Notes under the pieces: generated by a model
The model's input: only the letters and a program-made list of their open reading frames with translations
The model's database searches: none
Told to the model about the DNA's origin: nothing
Shown: positions 10,484-20,496 of the stretch, in pieces
Layout of the letters: each line of letters begins with the position of its first letter
Numbering within the stretch: the first letter of the stretch is position 1
Program-made: the position numbers and the translations under genes
NCBI GenBank assembly: GCA_965248265.1
Contig: CBDFJF010000001.1
Location: 928,001 to 992,000, forward strand
Direction of reading: 5' to 3'
Length of the DNA: 64,000 nt
Source: Candidatus Latescibacterota bacterium
GTDB lineage: Bacteria > Latescibacterota > UBA2968 > UBA8231

Positions 10484-11760
10484 TACGCGGGCAGCCGGAC
10501 CCTTCCCTTAGAGTCCAACAGATATCATTCCATACACAGCTCGCCCGGAATGATGCGGAATTGTATTTACAACCTTCCGGTTGAACTCAGGGAAATCAAT
10601 ATCTTCATCCAACAGATTATCGGCATATAGAGATAGTGTCGTTTCAGGCATGGTTGGCTTACCTAATAACTTGGGAATATCAAAACTGATATTGGCCGTT
10701 AGAAGATCATAGGAATCCGCCGCGGGATTTACTTCCTGCGTACCGAGATTGAATTTCTCGACTTTGCTTGCCTCTCCAAAGTGGCTATTAAATAGACTCA
10801 CAGTGTATCCTTTATCCGCTTCGTATGAAGCTCCCACTTTTGCCATCAAGTTGGGACTGAACGTGACATCCTTTTGCCCTTTGTCATCCTCGTTAATCTG
10901 ATAACTGATGGAACCTAACAGGCGGAGCTCTTTGGCAAACTGCGCATTACCTTCGAATTCAAGACCCTGAAAATCCACTTCTCCCGCATTGACATACGTA
11001 TTAACTCCGTCGACAAAAGTCCTAGCATGACTATCTGAGAGCTTACTGCTGTAGTAGGTAAATGCCGCGAAATGTCGTGAAGTATGGTAGAAAATCTGGG
11101 CGTCAAAAGTTGCAATTCTTTCAGGTTGTAACTTGCTGTTCCCTTTCAGAAAAGGGGCGTCGATAAATGATTCAGCGCCAAACGCTGCACGGTATGCCTC
11201 ACCGTAAAGAACTTTGGCGCCCCACGCCTTATGGAAGTTGGTAACGGCCCCTATACGTGGCGAGATATCGGAAGCTACGCCTTCGGGCTTATTCCATTGA
11301 AAACCACCGACCAGTTTTAACCAGTCCAAAGGCGTGTAATTCCCTTGCAAGTAAATACTCTCACGCCACATGTCATAATTACTGACCCGACCCACACCCA
11401 ATTTCCCATGAAGCTGGTCAAAAACTCCACCAGCGACAATATCTACATTATCCGATATTTGACCATGAGTCGTTAGCTCAATCAAATATCCACTTGAGTC
11501 AAACTCCCTTGTGATTCCGCCAATGGGGAAATCGAAACTGTGGCCGTTGTAGGTAGAATTGATAGCGACATCCCAATTTCCGGTAACAGGATGGGTATAA
11601 CCAACATCAATGAACTGCCGCTTGAGACCCAAAATTCCGCCTGGAAATAAAAATGCGCTTCCTATATTTCGATTAGACGTGTTCGAGAGGATACTATTTA
11701 CTGTGAGACCTTTATAGGATGCTTGAAATACGGCCTGTGTACCGGACTCCTCATTTTTAA

Positions 11761-13203
11761 GGCTCGTCAGTAGAATTCGTGGGTAAATTGTGGCTCGGGT
11801 AGATGGCCAAGCTGATGGAATGAAGCGATTTGGAGTGCATTGAAGGTGCGGAATCCGAATGCTTTTCTCACCGTCAGATTCCATTTCAGGTTCAAGCCCT
11901 CGACGATGCCGTTGTTGAACTGCTTCTTGGCCCTGAACCAATTGAGGATGAGCTCTCGATGACGACGGAGCATCCTGGCGATGTCTTTCATCGGTTCGAT
12001 CTTGCTCCTCATCGTGCGGAAACACCAGCGGTCGAGGAATTTGCCGGCCCAGGCGGGGTAGGTATAGTTCCAGAAGCGCTGGAAGTCTTCCTTCAGTAGA
12101 TAGGCTTTGACGGTACGCAGGTTCATCTTCAAGAGCTCGGACAGCTTCAAGCCTTGGGTGTCGCTGAGGTTCTCCTTGCGCTTGAGGAAGCACCAGCGGC
12201 TCTTGCACAGGACGGGATCTTGGCCCTCTTCTTTGAGTCTGCGGGCCTCTTCGGCACGGACTTTGTCGAGGGCCTTGCTGAAGTGCTGCATGATGTGAAA
12301 GCGGTCGAGAACGTGTACCGCCGCCGGGAGCCGCTGGTCGATGACGGTGAGGTAGGCTTTCCAGATATCACTGCAGATGACGGCAATCTGGCCGAGGAAG
12401 CTTCTCGGCTCCTGCTCGCCGGCCGCATCTTGCTTGCGCTGGTGCTCTTGCTCCAGCTCAGTAAAGCCGTCGTCCAGGGTCTTCATCGTCCGCCCTTCGC
12501 CCATCCATAACAGGCGGCGGCGGTGGGTGTCGATCTGGTACAGCAAGGTCAGATAATGATGGCCTTTCCGATACTGGATTTCATCCACGCCGAGGGCGGT
12601 GACCTGGTCGAGACCGCGATGAGCGATGCCATATTCCACCACGTACTGGACGGACTGGTAGATCTTGTCCCAACTGGTGCGGAAGGAGCGGGCTACCTCC
12701 GTCCACGACAGCTTCTTGGCCCATTGCGCTAGGAAGCACCGGTAGATGTCGGTCAGGTGGTGCTTACCCGTGCTCCAGGGGACCTTCTCGACGACCACCC
12801 GGCCGCAGGCGTTGCAGGCCACCCGACGCATGGGATACACCAGAAAGACCGGGAACCCCCAGAGCGGAACGAACTCGAACCGCCGTGCATCGGTGGCCGT
12901 GTCATAGGTGGGTGACAACTGACCGCAGCCGCTGCACTCCGCCCTGGAGTTCTTTCGGGGCCGGAGGCTCACCATAATCCTTCCGTGTTCGTCAAAATGA
13001 CTGCCCTCAAACACAAAACGCTTGAACTTCGTGCATCGGTTCAGTACTGTGATCAGGCGCATCATTCCCTCCAAGGTAGGTCGGGATCGGTCTTGGTCGA
13101 TTGTCCCAACATACCGGGAATGATGCGCCTGTGCTATCCTCGGTCTCCTCTATGCCCGTGGGCGCAGCCGGGCTCTTTCACCCACAGATTCTCCGGAGGA
13201 GCC
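11761..13203 (-). mobile_element. ISL3-family insertion sequence (1443 bp)
   Basis: Imperfect inverted repeats GGCTCGTCAGTAGAATTCGTGGGT and reverse-complemented GGCTCCTCCGGAGAATCTGTGGGT. An 8-bp target duplication ATTTTTAA lies at 11753-11760 and 13204-13211. Confidence 0.93.
11767..13074 (-). CDS. ISL3 transposase
   Basis: Zinc finger CSGC/CNAC, LGVDE, CSDIW, LDRFH and NGIVEGLN. Confidence 0.93.
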   Translation of the reverse strand: MEGMMRLITVLNRCTKFKRFVFEGSHFDEHGRIMVSLRPRKNSRAECSGCGQLSPTYDTATDARRFEFVPLWGFPVFLVYPMRRVACNACGRVVVEKVPWSTGKHHLTDIYRCFLAQWAKKLSWTEVARSFRTSWDKIYQSVQYVVEYGIAHRGLDQVTALGVDEIQYRKGHHYLTLLYQIDTHRRRLLWMGEGRTMKTLDDGFTELEQEHQRKQDAAGEQEPRSFLGQIAVICSDIWKAYLTVIDQRLPAAVHVLDRFHIMQHFSKALDKVRAEEARRLKEEGQDPVLCKSRWCFLKRKENLSDTQGLKLSELLKMNLRTVKAYLLKEDFQRFWNYTYPAWAGKFLDRWCFRTMRSKIEPMKDIARMLRRHRELILNWFRAKKQFNNGIVEGLNLKWNLTVRKAFGFRTFNALQIASFHQLGHLPEPQFTHEFY

Positions 13204-13961
13204 ATTTTTAATAATGTCATGTACCCCAGCTTCATCCGTTGCCTCAAAATCCCAGCCCTGGCTGTCCAGATAGTCTATGCCCCCATAAAAGCTGAAATCT
13301 CCATGGTGCTTGCCACCAGATACGGTTATCTCTTTCGTATCAAATGAACCGTACCGGGTTGAGATTACCACATCTATATCCTTATTTGCCTTTTTGGTAA
13401 TAACATTGATGACACCTGCAAACGCATTCGTGCCGTAAAGGACAGAGCCAGGACCTCGAATTATCTCTAATCTCTCGATCGTTTCTAGAGGAAATGACCT
13501 GTAGATGTCGCCGTTAATTCCTCCGCCATGCGCTTCTCGGATAGGTCTGCCATTGAGCAATAGGAGTATGTGATTATCGGCGTGGGTTTGTGCACCGGCT
13601 CTGATAGCCGTTACATTGTGAGGAAAGACATTGGACCCTATTACTTGGGTATTGGTTACTCTATCGAGTACGTCTCTAAGATTTCGAGCCCCAAACCGTT
13701 TTATTTCATCTTGTGTGACAGTACTGACAATCCCCGGAGCATGAGAAATTCTCTCAGCTTTCTTCGATGCCGTGGTCACTTTCAGATTAAATAGGTCGTC
13801 CAGGGAAAGTTGGACCAGCTCTCCCAGCGAAGACTCCTCATCCTCGTTTCTGTCCTCATAAGCCGAGAGATGGTTGTTACATAAAAGCAGTATAAAACAG
13901 CAAATGGATAGAATTTGGGATGCCGCAAACTTCTGGTTTGTTTCCCTGGTACGTCTGGCCA

Positions 13962-14948
13962 TCACAGGCTCCTTTCACTCAGTTCCAGCAACTCGTCGAC
14001 CTGGATCTGCCCGCTCTCCAGGTCCTCTGCCACCCCCGCGCTCCACAACACGAGAGCCGCCTCCTGGCCCAAACGCCGCAGGGCGTTGCCAGCCTGCTCT
14101 CTGTCCGCTTCTGGCAGGCCATCCACCCAAAGGACGCCCATCGCTTCGTCTTGGTACAGAAGGGAGACCGCGGCCTGGCTTCCAGTATCTTGCTTTGGCT
14201 GTCCATCCCGGAATACTTGCTCGACCAGGGAAGTTTCTTCACCCAAAGAGACAGCCGGCAACCCATCGCCTTGCTGACCGTCTTCCAGGGCGGCTACTGC
14301 CTCCAGCTGGTCACCCGTTTCATTGGGCCGGTACATAATGACGCGCTTTATTCCCAGGACTTGCTCTACTACCTGCAGAATTTCTTGTTGGGCCTGCCGG
14401 ACGCTGTGTCCAGACATCTGGAAATGGACCAGCCGATCGCGGCCCTCGAGTTCTTTCACCTGACGTTCTAACTGGTGGTAGGCATGCCGTAGGTCTCGGG
14501 TTTGAACCTCCACCTTCAGTTCCAGCTCTTGCTGATATGAGCGGTTCTCGGCCACGAGCCGCTGTCGGGCCATTGCCTGCTCGATCTCCGCCTCTACCAG
14601 AGCCAAGTCGAAGGGCTTAATGAGGTAATTGTATGCCCCCAAGCGCATAGCTTTGATGATCGTGTCCGTATCCTCAGTAGCAGTGGCCATAACCACTCCG
14701 AGATCGGGATATTTCCCTCTAATCCATCGTAGGACCTCCAAGCCATCCATCTCGGGCATGAGAATGTCCAATGTTACCAGGTCATAGGCCTCCTGCTGCA
14801 GCAGAAGTTGCATGTCGGTGAATCGAGTGGCCGTGCGGACGTAGTAGCCCCGCTTGGCCAAACCGCGCTGCAGAATAGCGCCCACGGCGTCTTCATCATC
14901 CACCACCAGAATCCTCCCTTTATCTGAACACCCGAGTTCCGTCCCCAT
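13962..14948 (-). CDS. Response regulator: REC domain, coiled coil and GAF-like domain (paralog of 172-1152)
   Basis: ILVVDDE, LDILMP and GAYNYLIKPF. Shares KELxGRDRLV and ELLEL with 172-1152. Confidence 0.87.
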   Translation of the reverse strand: MGTELGCSDKGRILVVDDEDAVGAILQRGLAKRGYYVRTATRFTDMQLLLQQEAYDLVTLDILMPEMDGLEVLRWIRGKYPDLGVVMATATEDTDTIIKAMRLGAYNYLIKPFDLALVEAEIEQAMARQRLVAENRSYQQELELKVEVQTRDLRHAYHQLERQVKELEGRDRLVHFQMSGHSVRQAQQEILQVVEQVLGIKRVIMYRPNETGDQLEAVAALEDGQQGDGLPAVSLGEETSLVEQVFRDGQPKQDTGSQAAVSLLYQDEAMGVLWVDGLPEADREQAGNALRRLGQEAALVLWSAGVAEDLESGQIQVDELLELSERSL

Positions 14949-14969
14949 ATGAATTCTCTCCTCGTTATC

Positions 14970-17303
14970 TCATTGCGAGTTGTTTGAAGACGCCTCAGCC
15001 GTTTGCTTCTCGATCGGCAGCTCGATTACAAATCGTGCGCCGGTGGGCTGGGACTCCAGTCTGAGATGGCCGCCATGATCCTGCATAATGCCATTACACA
15101 CACTCAATCCCAATCCGGAACCCGAGCCGATTTCTTTGGTTGTGAAAAACGGTTCGAACACCCGTTCTCGAATTTGCTCAGGCACTCCTGGCCCGCTGTC
15201 TTCCACGGCCAGTACGACCTTGTCAGCGCAAACGCACGTCCGCACGGTGATGCGTTTCTCTTTCTCTACACTCTCCCGCAGTGCATCTTGGCTGTTCTGC
15301 ACCAGGTTCAAAACCACCTGCTGAATCTGACCCGCGTGGACGTGTAAACGCGGCAGATCCTCATCGAAGCTTTCGGTCAACTCAATATGATTCAGCTGTA
15401 ACAGCCGTCGCATCAGGGCAAGCGCTTCGCGCACGACCTCATTGAGATCCATGGCCTGCTTTTCCAACTTTTGACGCCGCGCGAAAGTCAATAGACGCCT
15501 GGTGATCTCGGCCGCCCGAGATCCTGCCTGATAGATTTGGTCAATATCCTGCTGCATCCCTTCTTCCAGTGAATCGTCCAGCAGGAGCTGGCAAAGTCCT
15601 GTGATTGTGGTAAGCGGGTTGTTGATCTCGTGAGCAATACCCGCAGCCAACTGGTCGATCATCTCTACCTTTTGAGCCTGGCGCAGCTGCTGTTCCTTAA
15701 GCGCCAGAGCGTTCAGATCGTCCAGGCGCCGAAAGCCAACGGATAGGACGTCTGTCAGCTCCTGCATGAATGCGAGGTCCCGGTCCGTGAACGCTTCGGG
15801 CTCAGGGCTGTTGGCCGACAGTGTCCCATGAGAGAAAGGAACATCGAGCACCGACCGCACTTCAGGGTACCAAGCCTCTGCGACATCCCCATACTCGTGG
15901 TACGGATCCTCTTTGGCGAGATCGCGACGATACGCTGGCACGTCGGTTCGCCAAATCTGCACGACGACGTTCCTTGCCGTACTGTCATCTCTCATCCGCC
16001 AATTCCCTTCCCTGGTCATCTCGTGGGAGCTAACCGTGGGTGGATCGCTGGATTCGTCGATCACATTGATCGCGTAGTGTTGGGGCAGCACCGGCAGTGC
16101 ATCTAAGCCCTCCCTGACAGCCATCAGCACCTGCACGATCTCCTTGGCGTGGGTCATTTTCCACACTTCCTCTCGTACCCGGTGCAGCATTCGCTCCTCG
16201 GCTTGTCGCCGCCTGCGTTCGGTAATGTCACGGACCATGGCGATCATGCAGGCCCTTCCGTCTCTGTCCATGGTCGAAGCTGAAATCTCGGCGGGTAACT
16301 CCCTGCCCGACTTCGTTCGGCAAGTGCATTCGTCCGTCCATCCTGTCCCCCGTTCAAACACGGACTGTGCGAAAGCTCGAAATTTGGACATCTCATGCGG
16401 GTGAATGGCGGATATCGGGATGGACAGCAAGTCCTCTTGAGCATATTCCAGCAGGTCGCACGCACGGGAATTGGCATCGAGGATTCGATCCAGTTCCGGA
16501 TCGATGACAAAGATCGCATCATTGGAGTGGTCGAAGATTTTGCGGAAACGTTCCTCACTCTCCTGCAGCACCGCTTCTGCCCGCTTGCGCTCCGTGATAT
16601 CGCGAAGCGATGCGAGATAAGCCGCTTCACCATTCCATTCGGTCTCCACCACACGCATTTCGGCCACCGCTGTTTCACCGTCTCTGCGTAGGACATCGAG
16701 TTCTGTTGTTGCCTCCCCCACTGGAAAGCCGAATACTTCGTCCAGGAGTTGCTCTTTACTGCGAGACAAAAGAGCCTCCGCTGCTGGATTTACGAAACGC
16801 ACGATGCCGTTCCGGTCCATGATGATCACGCCATCCGAATTTCTCTCTATGATGTGGCGAAGCCGGGCTTCGCTGAATTGCACCTCATTCATGTGTTGGA
16901 CCAATTCCAACCGCAACCGCTGTCGTTCAATCGCGTAGCGAATGGCCCGTACCAACACACCGTTGTCTGCTTGACCCTTAATCAGATAATCCTGTGCGCC
17001 TCTCTGCATAGCTCTGCTGGCGAGCGCTTCGTCGTCTAGGCCTGTGAGTACTACAATGGGTATTTCTGGTATTTGACTGTGTAATCGGCTAAACGTCTCA
17101 AGGCCCTTGCTGTCCGGCAGCGAGAGATCCAATAGTGCCACATCAAAGTGCCTTTGGCCGAGACGTTTCAGCGCTTCACTGAGCCGTTCTACGTGCGTCA
17201 ATTGAAACGTAGACGGCGTTGACTCCGTCAGTGTCTCACGCATCAAGTCAGCATCGTCGGGATTGTCTTCAACCAGCAGGACTTCGACGGGAATCTTGTC
17301 CAT
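14970..17303 (-). CDS. Hybrid sensor kinase REC-PAS-PAS-GAF-HisKA-HATPase
   Basis: LLVEDN receiver, two PAS domains, AGIAHEINNPL, FEPFFTTK and GSGLGL. Alternative GTG start at 17366. Confidence 0.9.
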   Translation of the reverse strand: MDKIPVEVLLVEDNPDDADLMRETLTESTPSTFQLTHVERLSEALKRLGQRHFDVALLDLSLPDSKGLETFSRLHSQIPEIPIVVLTGLDDEALASRAMQRGAQDYLIKGQADNGVLVRAIRYAIERQRLRLELVQHMNEVQFSEARLRHIIERNSDGVIIMDRNGIVRFVNPAAEALLSRSKEQLLDEVFGFPVGEATTELDVLRRDGETAVAEMRVVETEWNGEAAYLASLRDITERKRAEAVLQESEERFRKIFDHSNDAIFVIDPELDRILDANSRACDLLEYAQEDLLSIPISAIHPHEMSKFRAFAQSVFERGTGWTDECTCRTKSGRELPAEISASTMDRDGRACMIAMVRDITERRRRQAEERMLHRVREEVWKMTHAKEIVQVLMAVREGLDALPVLPQHYAINVIDESSDPPTVSSHEMTREGNWRMRDDSTARNVVVQIWRTDVPAYRRDLAKEDPYHEYGDVAEAWYPEVRSVLDVPFSHGTLSANSPEPEAFTDRDLAFMQELTDVLSVGFRRLDDLNALALKEQQLRQAQKVEMIDQLAAGIAHEINNPLTTITGLCQLLLDDSLEEGMQQDIDQIYQAGSRAAEITRRLLTFARRQKLEKQAMDLNEVVREALALMRRLLQLNHIELTESFDEDLPRLHVHAGQIQQVVLNLVQNSQDALRESVEKEKRITVRTCVCADKVVLAVEDSGPGVPEQIRERVFEPFFTTKEIGSGSGLGLSVCNGIMQDHGGHLRLESQPTGARFVIELPIEKQTAEASSNNSQ

Positions 17304-17358
17304 TGGCACCTCGCCTTCGGAACAGTCCGATATTGCAAGACCGCAGTTTCTGACTTCC

Positions 17359-18891
17359 TTACTCACCTACGCCTTGTGCCTCTTGGAAAAGGCCCCTGAA
17401 ACGCTCAGTTTCACCGGGGGCGGCATAGCTCGGACTACCCGACAGGATCCCGGTGACATTGGAGAAGGCTCGCCCGATATGCATGCCGTCCCCATCGATG
17501 CTGAATTCGCGGATTTCCTTATCGTGTAGGGATCCTCGCATCTTGAGGACGGTAAGGCCCCGGCGCATTTCCCCGTACATCTCCACGTAGCGCAGCAGGA
17601 TGATCGAGTCAGTGATCGTGGAAATGTGGGCTTCCGTGACCGACGTACCGCCCATCAACGACTCCGTTGTGGACGTGAAGAGACCGGCCGCTTCCTTATG
17701 CTTGATAAAGGCCGTGAGTGCTATAACGAATTCACGGAATCCTTTTCTCGTGGAAACACGCTCCAGGGCGGACAGACTGTCCACGGCGATCCGGTTGGGT
17801 TGGAATTCATCGATGATCTCCTTTATGCGAATGAGATGATCTTCAAGGCCGGCGGCCTCCGGGTACTCGCACACCACCTTCAGTCTCTCTTCCCGTTCCA
17901 TTTGCTCGAAATCCACTCCCCAACCGGTAGCGTTGCGAAAGAGTTGCTCGCGGCTCTCCTCGAAGGCAAAGAGCAGGCAGCGCTCGTCAGTAAGCGCACC
18001 TCCGTCCATAAACTCAGTCACCATGAGAGTCTTACCGGTCCCGGTCGCCCCTGACACCAGGATGACGGAATCGCGGAAGAAGCCGCCACCGCACATCTCG
18101 TCTAGCTCTGCACTGCCCGAGGTGATGCGGATAGCCGAGGACTTCTGTTTCAGTTCAATGGCGGACAGCGGGATCGCGATGATGCCTTTGTCTGGCATGA
18201 CCGTAAAAGGGAATTCGCCCTTCTGATGCTGGGTCCCGCGAAATTTGAGGATCTCCAAGGTTCTGCGGCGTTTCTCATCCTCCAGCACGTTGCGCAGGAT
18301 GACGACGTTGTCGGCGACAAACTCCTCGATGCCGTAGCGGGCGATATCGCCGTATTCCTGGGTTCGCTCCGCCGTCATGACGGCCGTGACCCGCATCTCC
18401 CGCAATGCTGCGGCCACCCGAAACAGTTCACTGCGCACGGTGCTGGTATCGGAGAATTTGGTAAAGATGGCGCCCAGCGAATCCAGAGACACCCGTTGCG
18501 CACCTACCTTCTGAATGGCGTATTCGACACGCGTCAGGAGGGCACCCAGATCGTATTTTCCCGCTTCGGTGACGTCATCTTCTGGCCGCGGAGATGCATC
18601 GACGAAGATCCATTTGCCTTCGCTTTCCCATTTCTGGATATCCCAACCAAAGCCCAACATGTTCTTGCGGATATCGCGGGGCGACTCCTCGAAGGTGATA
18701 AAGACCCCCGGCTGATCTGTCGCCCTAATCCCCTCGGCCAGGAACTGCACCGCAAAGACCGTCTTGGCGCTGCCAGCGGTGCCGGCGACCAGTGTAGTGC
18801 GTTCCCTCGGCAGGCCACCTTCAGAGATCAGGTCAAAACCCTGGATTCCCGTTTCGAGTTTTTCAATCAAACGCTGCTCTTTCATGTCCAT
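17359..18891 (-). CDS. kaiC: Double-domain KaiC circadian clock ATPase
   Basis: Walker A motifs GTAGSAKT and GATGTGKT, FEE twice, KFRG/KMRG, phosphosites in HISTITD and C-terminal GILSGSP. Confidence 0.95.
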   Translation of the reverse strand: MDMKEQRLIEKLETGIQGFDLISEGGLPRERTTLVAGTAGSAKTVFAVQFLAEGIRATDQPGVFITFEESPRDIRKNMLGFGWDIQKWESEGKWIFVDASPRPEDDVTEAGKYDLGALLTRVEYAIQKVGAQRVSLDSLGAIFTKFSDTSTVRSELFRVAAALREMRVTAVMTAERTQEYGDIARYGIEEFVADNVVILRNVLEDEKRRRTLEILKFRGTQHQKGEFPFTVMPDKGIIAIPLSAIELKQKSSAIRITSGSAELDEMCGGGFFRDSVILVSGATGTGKTLMVTEFMDGGALTDERCLLFAFEESREQLFRNATGWGVDFEQMEREERLKVVCEYPEAAGLEDHLIRIKEIIDEFQPNRIAVDSLSALERVSTRKGFREFVIALTAFIKHKEAAGLFTSTTESLMGGTSVTEAHISTITDSIILLRYVEMYGEMRRGLTVLKMRGSLHDKEIREFSIDGDGMHIGRAFSNVTGILSGSPSYAAPGETERFRGLFQEAQGVGE

Positions 18892-18892
18892 C

Positions 18893-19186
18893 TCATTCAT
18901 CTCCTTGATTAGCGTCGGGATACACATCCAGCCCCAACAGGACCTTCTCGGTATCGGACAGATCGCCGATGACGCGTCGAATGGGCGAAGGCAGCTCTTT
19001 GATCAGGGCCGGCGTCGCCAGGATCTTCTCATCCTCAGCCAATTGCGGTCTTTCCAGGATATCGATGACCCTTATCTCGTAGCGGCCTCCCAGCTCCTCC
19101 CTGCAGATCCGCTGCAGGTTGGCAATGGCGCGCTCCGATTTCGGCGTCTGTCCGGTGATGTATAGTTTCAGTAGCACTTCATCCAT
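18893..19186 (-). CDS. kaiB: KaiB circadian clock protein (KaiB3-like)
   Basis: LKLYITGQTPKSERAIANL...ILATPALIKELPSPIRRVIGDLSDTEKVL. Confidence 0.95.
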   Translation of the reverse strand: MDEVLLKLYITGQTPKSERAIANLQRICREELGGRYEIRVIDILERPQLAEDEKILATPALIKELPSPIRRVIGDLSDTEKVLLGLDVYPDANQGDE

Positions 19187-19194
19187 GATCATCC

Positions 19195-20049
19195 TCACTC
19201 TGTATCGGTGGTCATTCCGACAGAACGGTTGCGGTAGAACGAGACCAGATGGCCCATTAGCTCAAAAGCCATCAACCGCCCCTCTTCGATATAGGCCTGG
19301 GCTTTTTGCGGCCCTGTTTCGCTGCTTTTTTTCTGCAGGGCAGTGCTATGCACCTCCACTACGCTGCGCGGACCGGCTTTCAAGAGACCTATCTGTTCGG
19401 CCAGGCAGTAAAGACCTTCCGAAGTATTGTGCTCTACTCTGTAGGCTTGTTGCTCCAGCGCCCGATCCAGGAGCGCTTCGTAGCGCTCAACCAGTTTCGT
19501 GAACGTATCCGGTATACTCTCCTGGAGGGACGTGGTGCCATAAAGCCGAGCCGTAACAGCCGCCCCGTTAGAACCGGAAGCCCGCTCAAATGAGCGCATC
19601 TCGCGCTCGTGACGTTCCCGCTGCCGAGTCATCTCCAGTTCCGCTTGCAGCCGGTGGCGCTCAATCGCATAGCGGATCGCCCGCACCAAAACGCTATTAG
19701 CAATCTGCCCCTTCACCAGATAATCCTGTGCCCCTTCATGAACAGCTCTGATGGCCAATCTTTCATCGTCGAGACCTGTAAGCACCACAACGGGCACGTC
19801 GCGCGCTTCAGCGTGTATCCTGGCAAGCGTGGCCAATCCCTGGCTGTCGGGCAGAGAGAGGTCCAGTAACACCACATCAAATCCATTTTCCCGCAGGCAT
19901 CGCACCGCCTCATCCAGTCGCTCAACCTGCGTCAGCTGGAACGGAACAGAGGCAGTGGCTGCCTCTGTCAACACCTCGCGCAGCAGGTCTGCGTCACTGG
20001 GGTTGTCCTCCACCAGCAGGACATGGATGGGTCGGGATTCCCTTTTCAT
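19195..20049 (-). CDS. Receiver domain fused to a KaiA-like C-terminal domain (KaiA3-like)
   Basis: N-terminal REC. The C-terminal VVEVHSTAL...GRLMAFELMGHLVSFYRNRS resembles the KaiA C-terminus (VLEIH...RLTLIDVIAHLCEMYRRS). Directly upstream of kaiBC. Confidence 0.75.
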   Translation of the reverse strand: MKRESRPIHVLLVEDNPSDADLLREVLTEAATASVPFQLTQVERLDEAVRCLRENGFDVVLLDLSLPDSQGLATLARIHAEARDVPVVVLTGLDDERLAIRAVHEGAQDYLVKGQIANSVLVRAIRYAIERHRLQAELEMTRQRERHEREMRSFERASGSNGAAVTARLYGTTSLQESIPDTFTKLVERYEALLDRALEQQAYRVEHNTSEGLYCLAEQIGLLKAGPRSVVEVHSTALQKKSSETGPQKAQAYIEEGRLMAFELMGHLVSFYRNRSVGMTTDTE

Positions 20050-20496
20050 TCAGTTTGTGGGCAACTTAACGACGGTGAACCAGAAGTCCTCGATGGATTT
20101 GACCACCTTGATGAACTGGTCAAAGTCCACCGGCTTCGTGATGTAGCAGTTGGCGTGCAGCCTATACACTTGGAGAACATCCTCTTCCGCCTCCGAGGTG
20201 GTCAGGATGACCGTGGGAATCAGCTGTAGGGATTCGTCCGCCTTTATTTCTGCCAGTACCTCTCGGCCGTCCTTCTTGGGCAGGTTCAAATCGAGTAGGA
20301 TCAGATCTGGACGTGGTACATCGCCGTTCGGACCCTCGCGCCGCAGAAAAGTCAGCGCTTCCACACCATCCTCTGCAACGTGAAGATGGTTGTGTATCTT
20401 GGCATCCTTGAGCGCTTCTATGGTCAACTCTACGTCGTTCGAGTTATCTTCGACCATCAGGATCTCGATGGGTCTGCATACCTCTGCAAAGCTCAT
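20050..20496 (-). CDS. Single-domain response regulator, Rcp1-like
   Basis: ILMVEDN, PDLILLDLNLPKKDG, LTTSEAEED, ANCYITKPVD and IEDFW. Confidence 0.9.
   Translation of the reverse strand: MSFAEVCRPIEILMVEDNSNDVELTIEALKDAKIHNHLHVAEDGVEALTFLRREGPNGDVPRPDLILLDLNLPKKDGREVLAEIKADESLQLIPTVILTTSEAEEDVLQVYRLHANCYITKPVDFDQFIKVVKSIEDFWFTVVKLPTN

Larger units (their letters stand above)
10508..13965 (-). pseudogene. TonB-dependent receptor disrupted by ISL3
   Basis: The N-terminal plug (KVTTASKKAE, IERLEIIRGPGSVLYGTNA) is at 13204-13965 and the barrel (YADNLLDE) at 10508-11760. The halves rejoin in frame as HDIIKNEESG once the IS is removed. Confidence 0.9.

Noticed and set aside
10508-12208. 566-aa ORF as an intact gene
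   Set aside because: Its N-terminal part is an alternative frame of ISL3. Only the portion below 11760 is the receptor.
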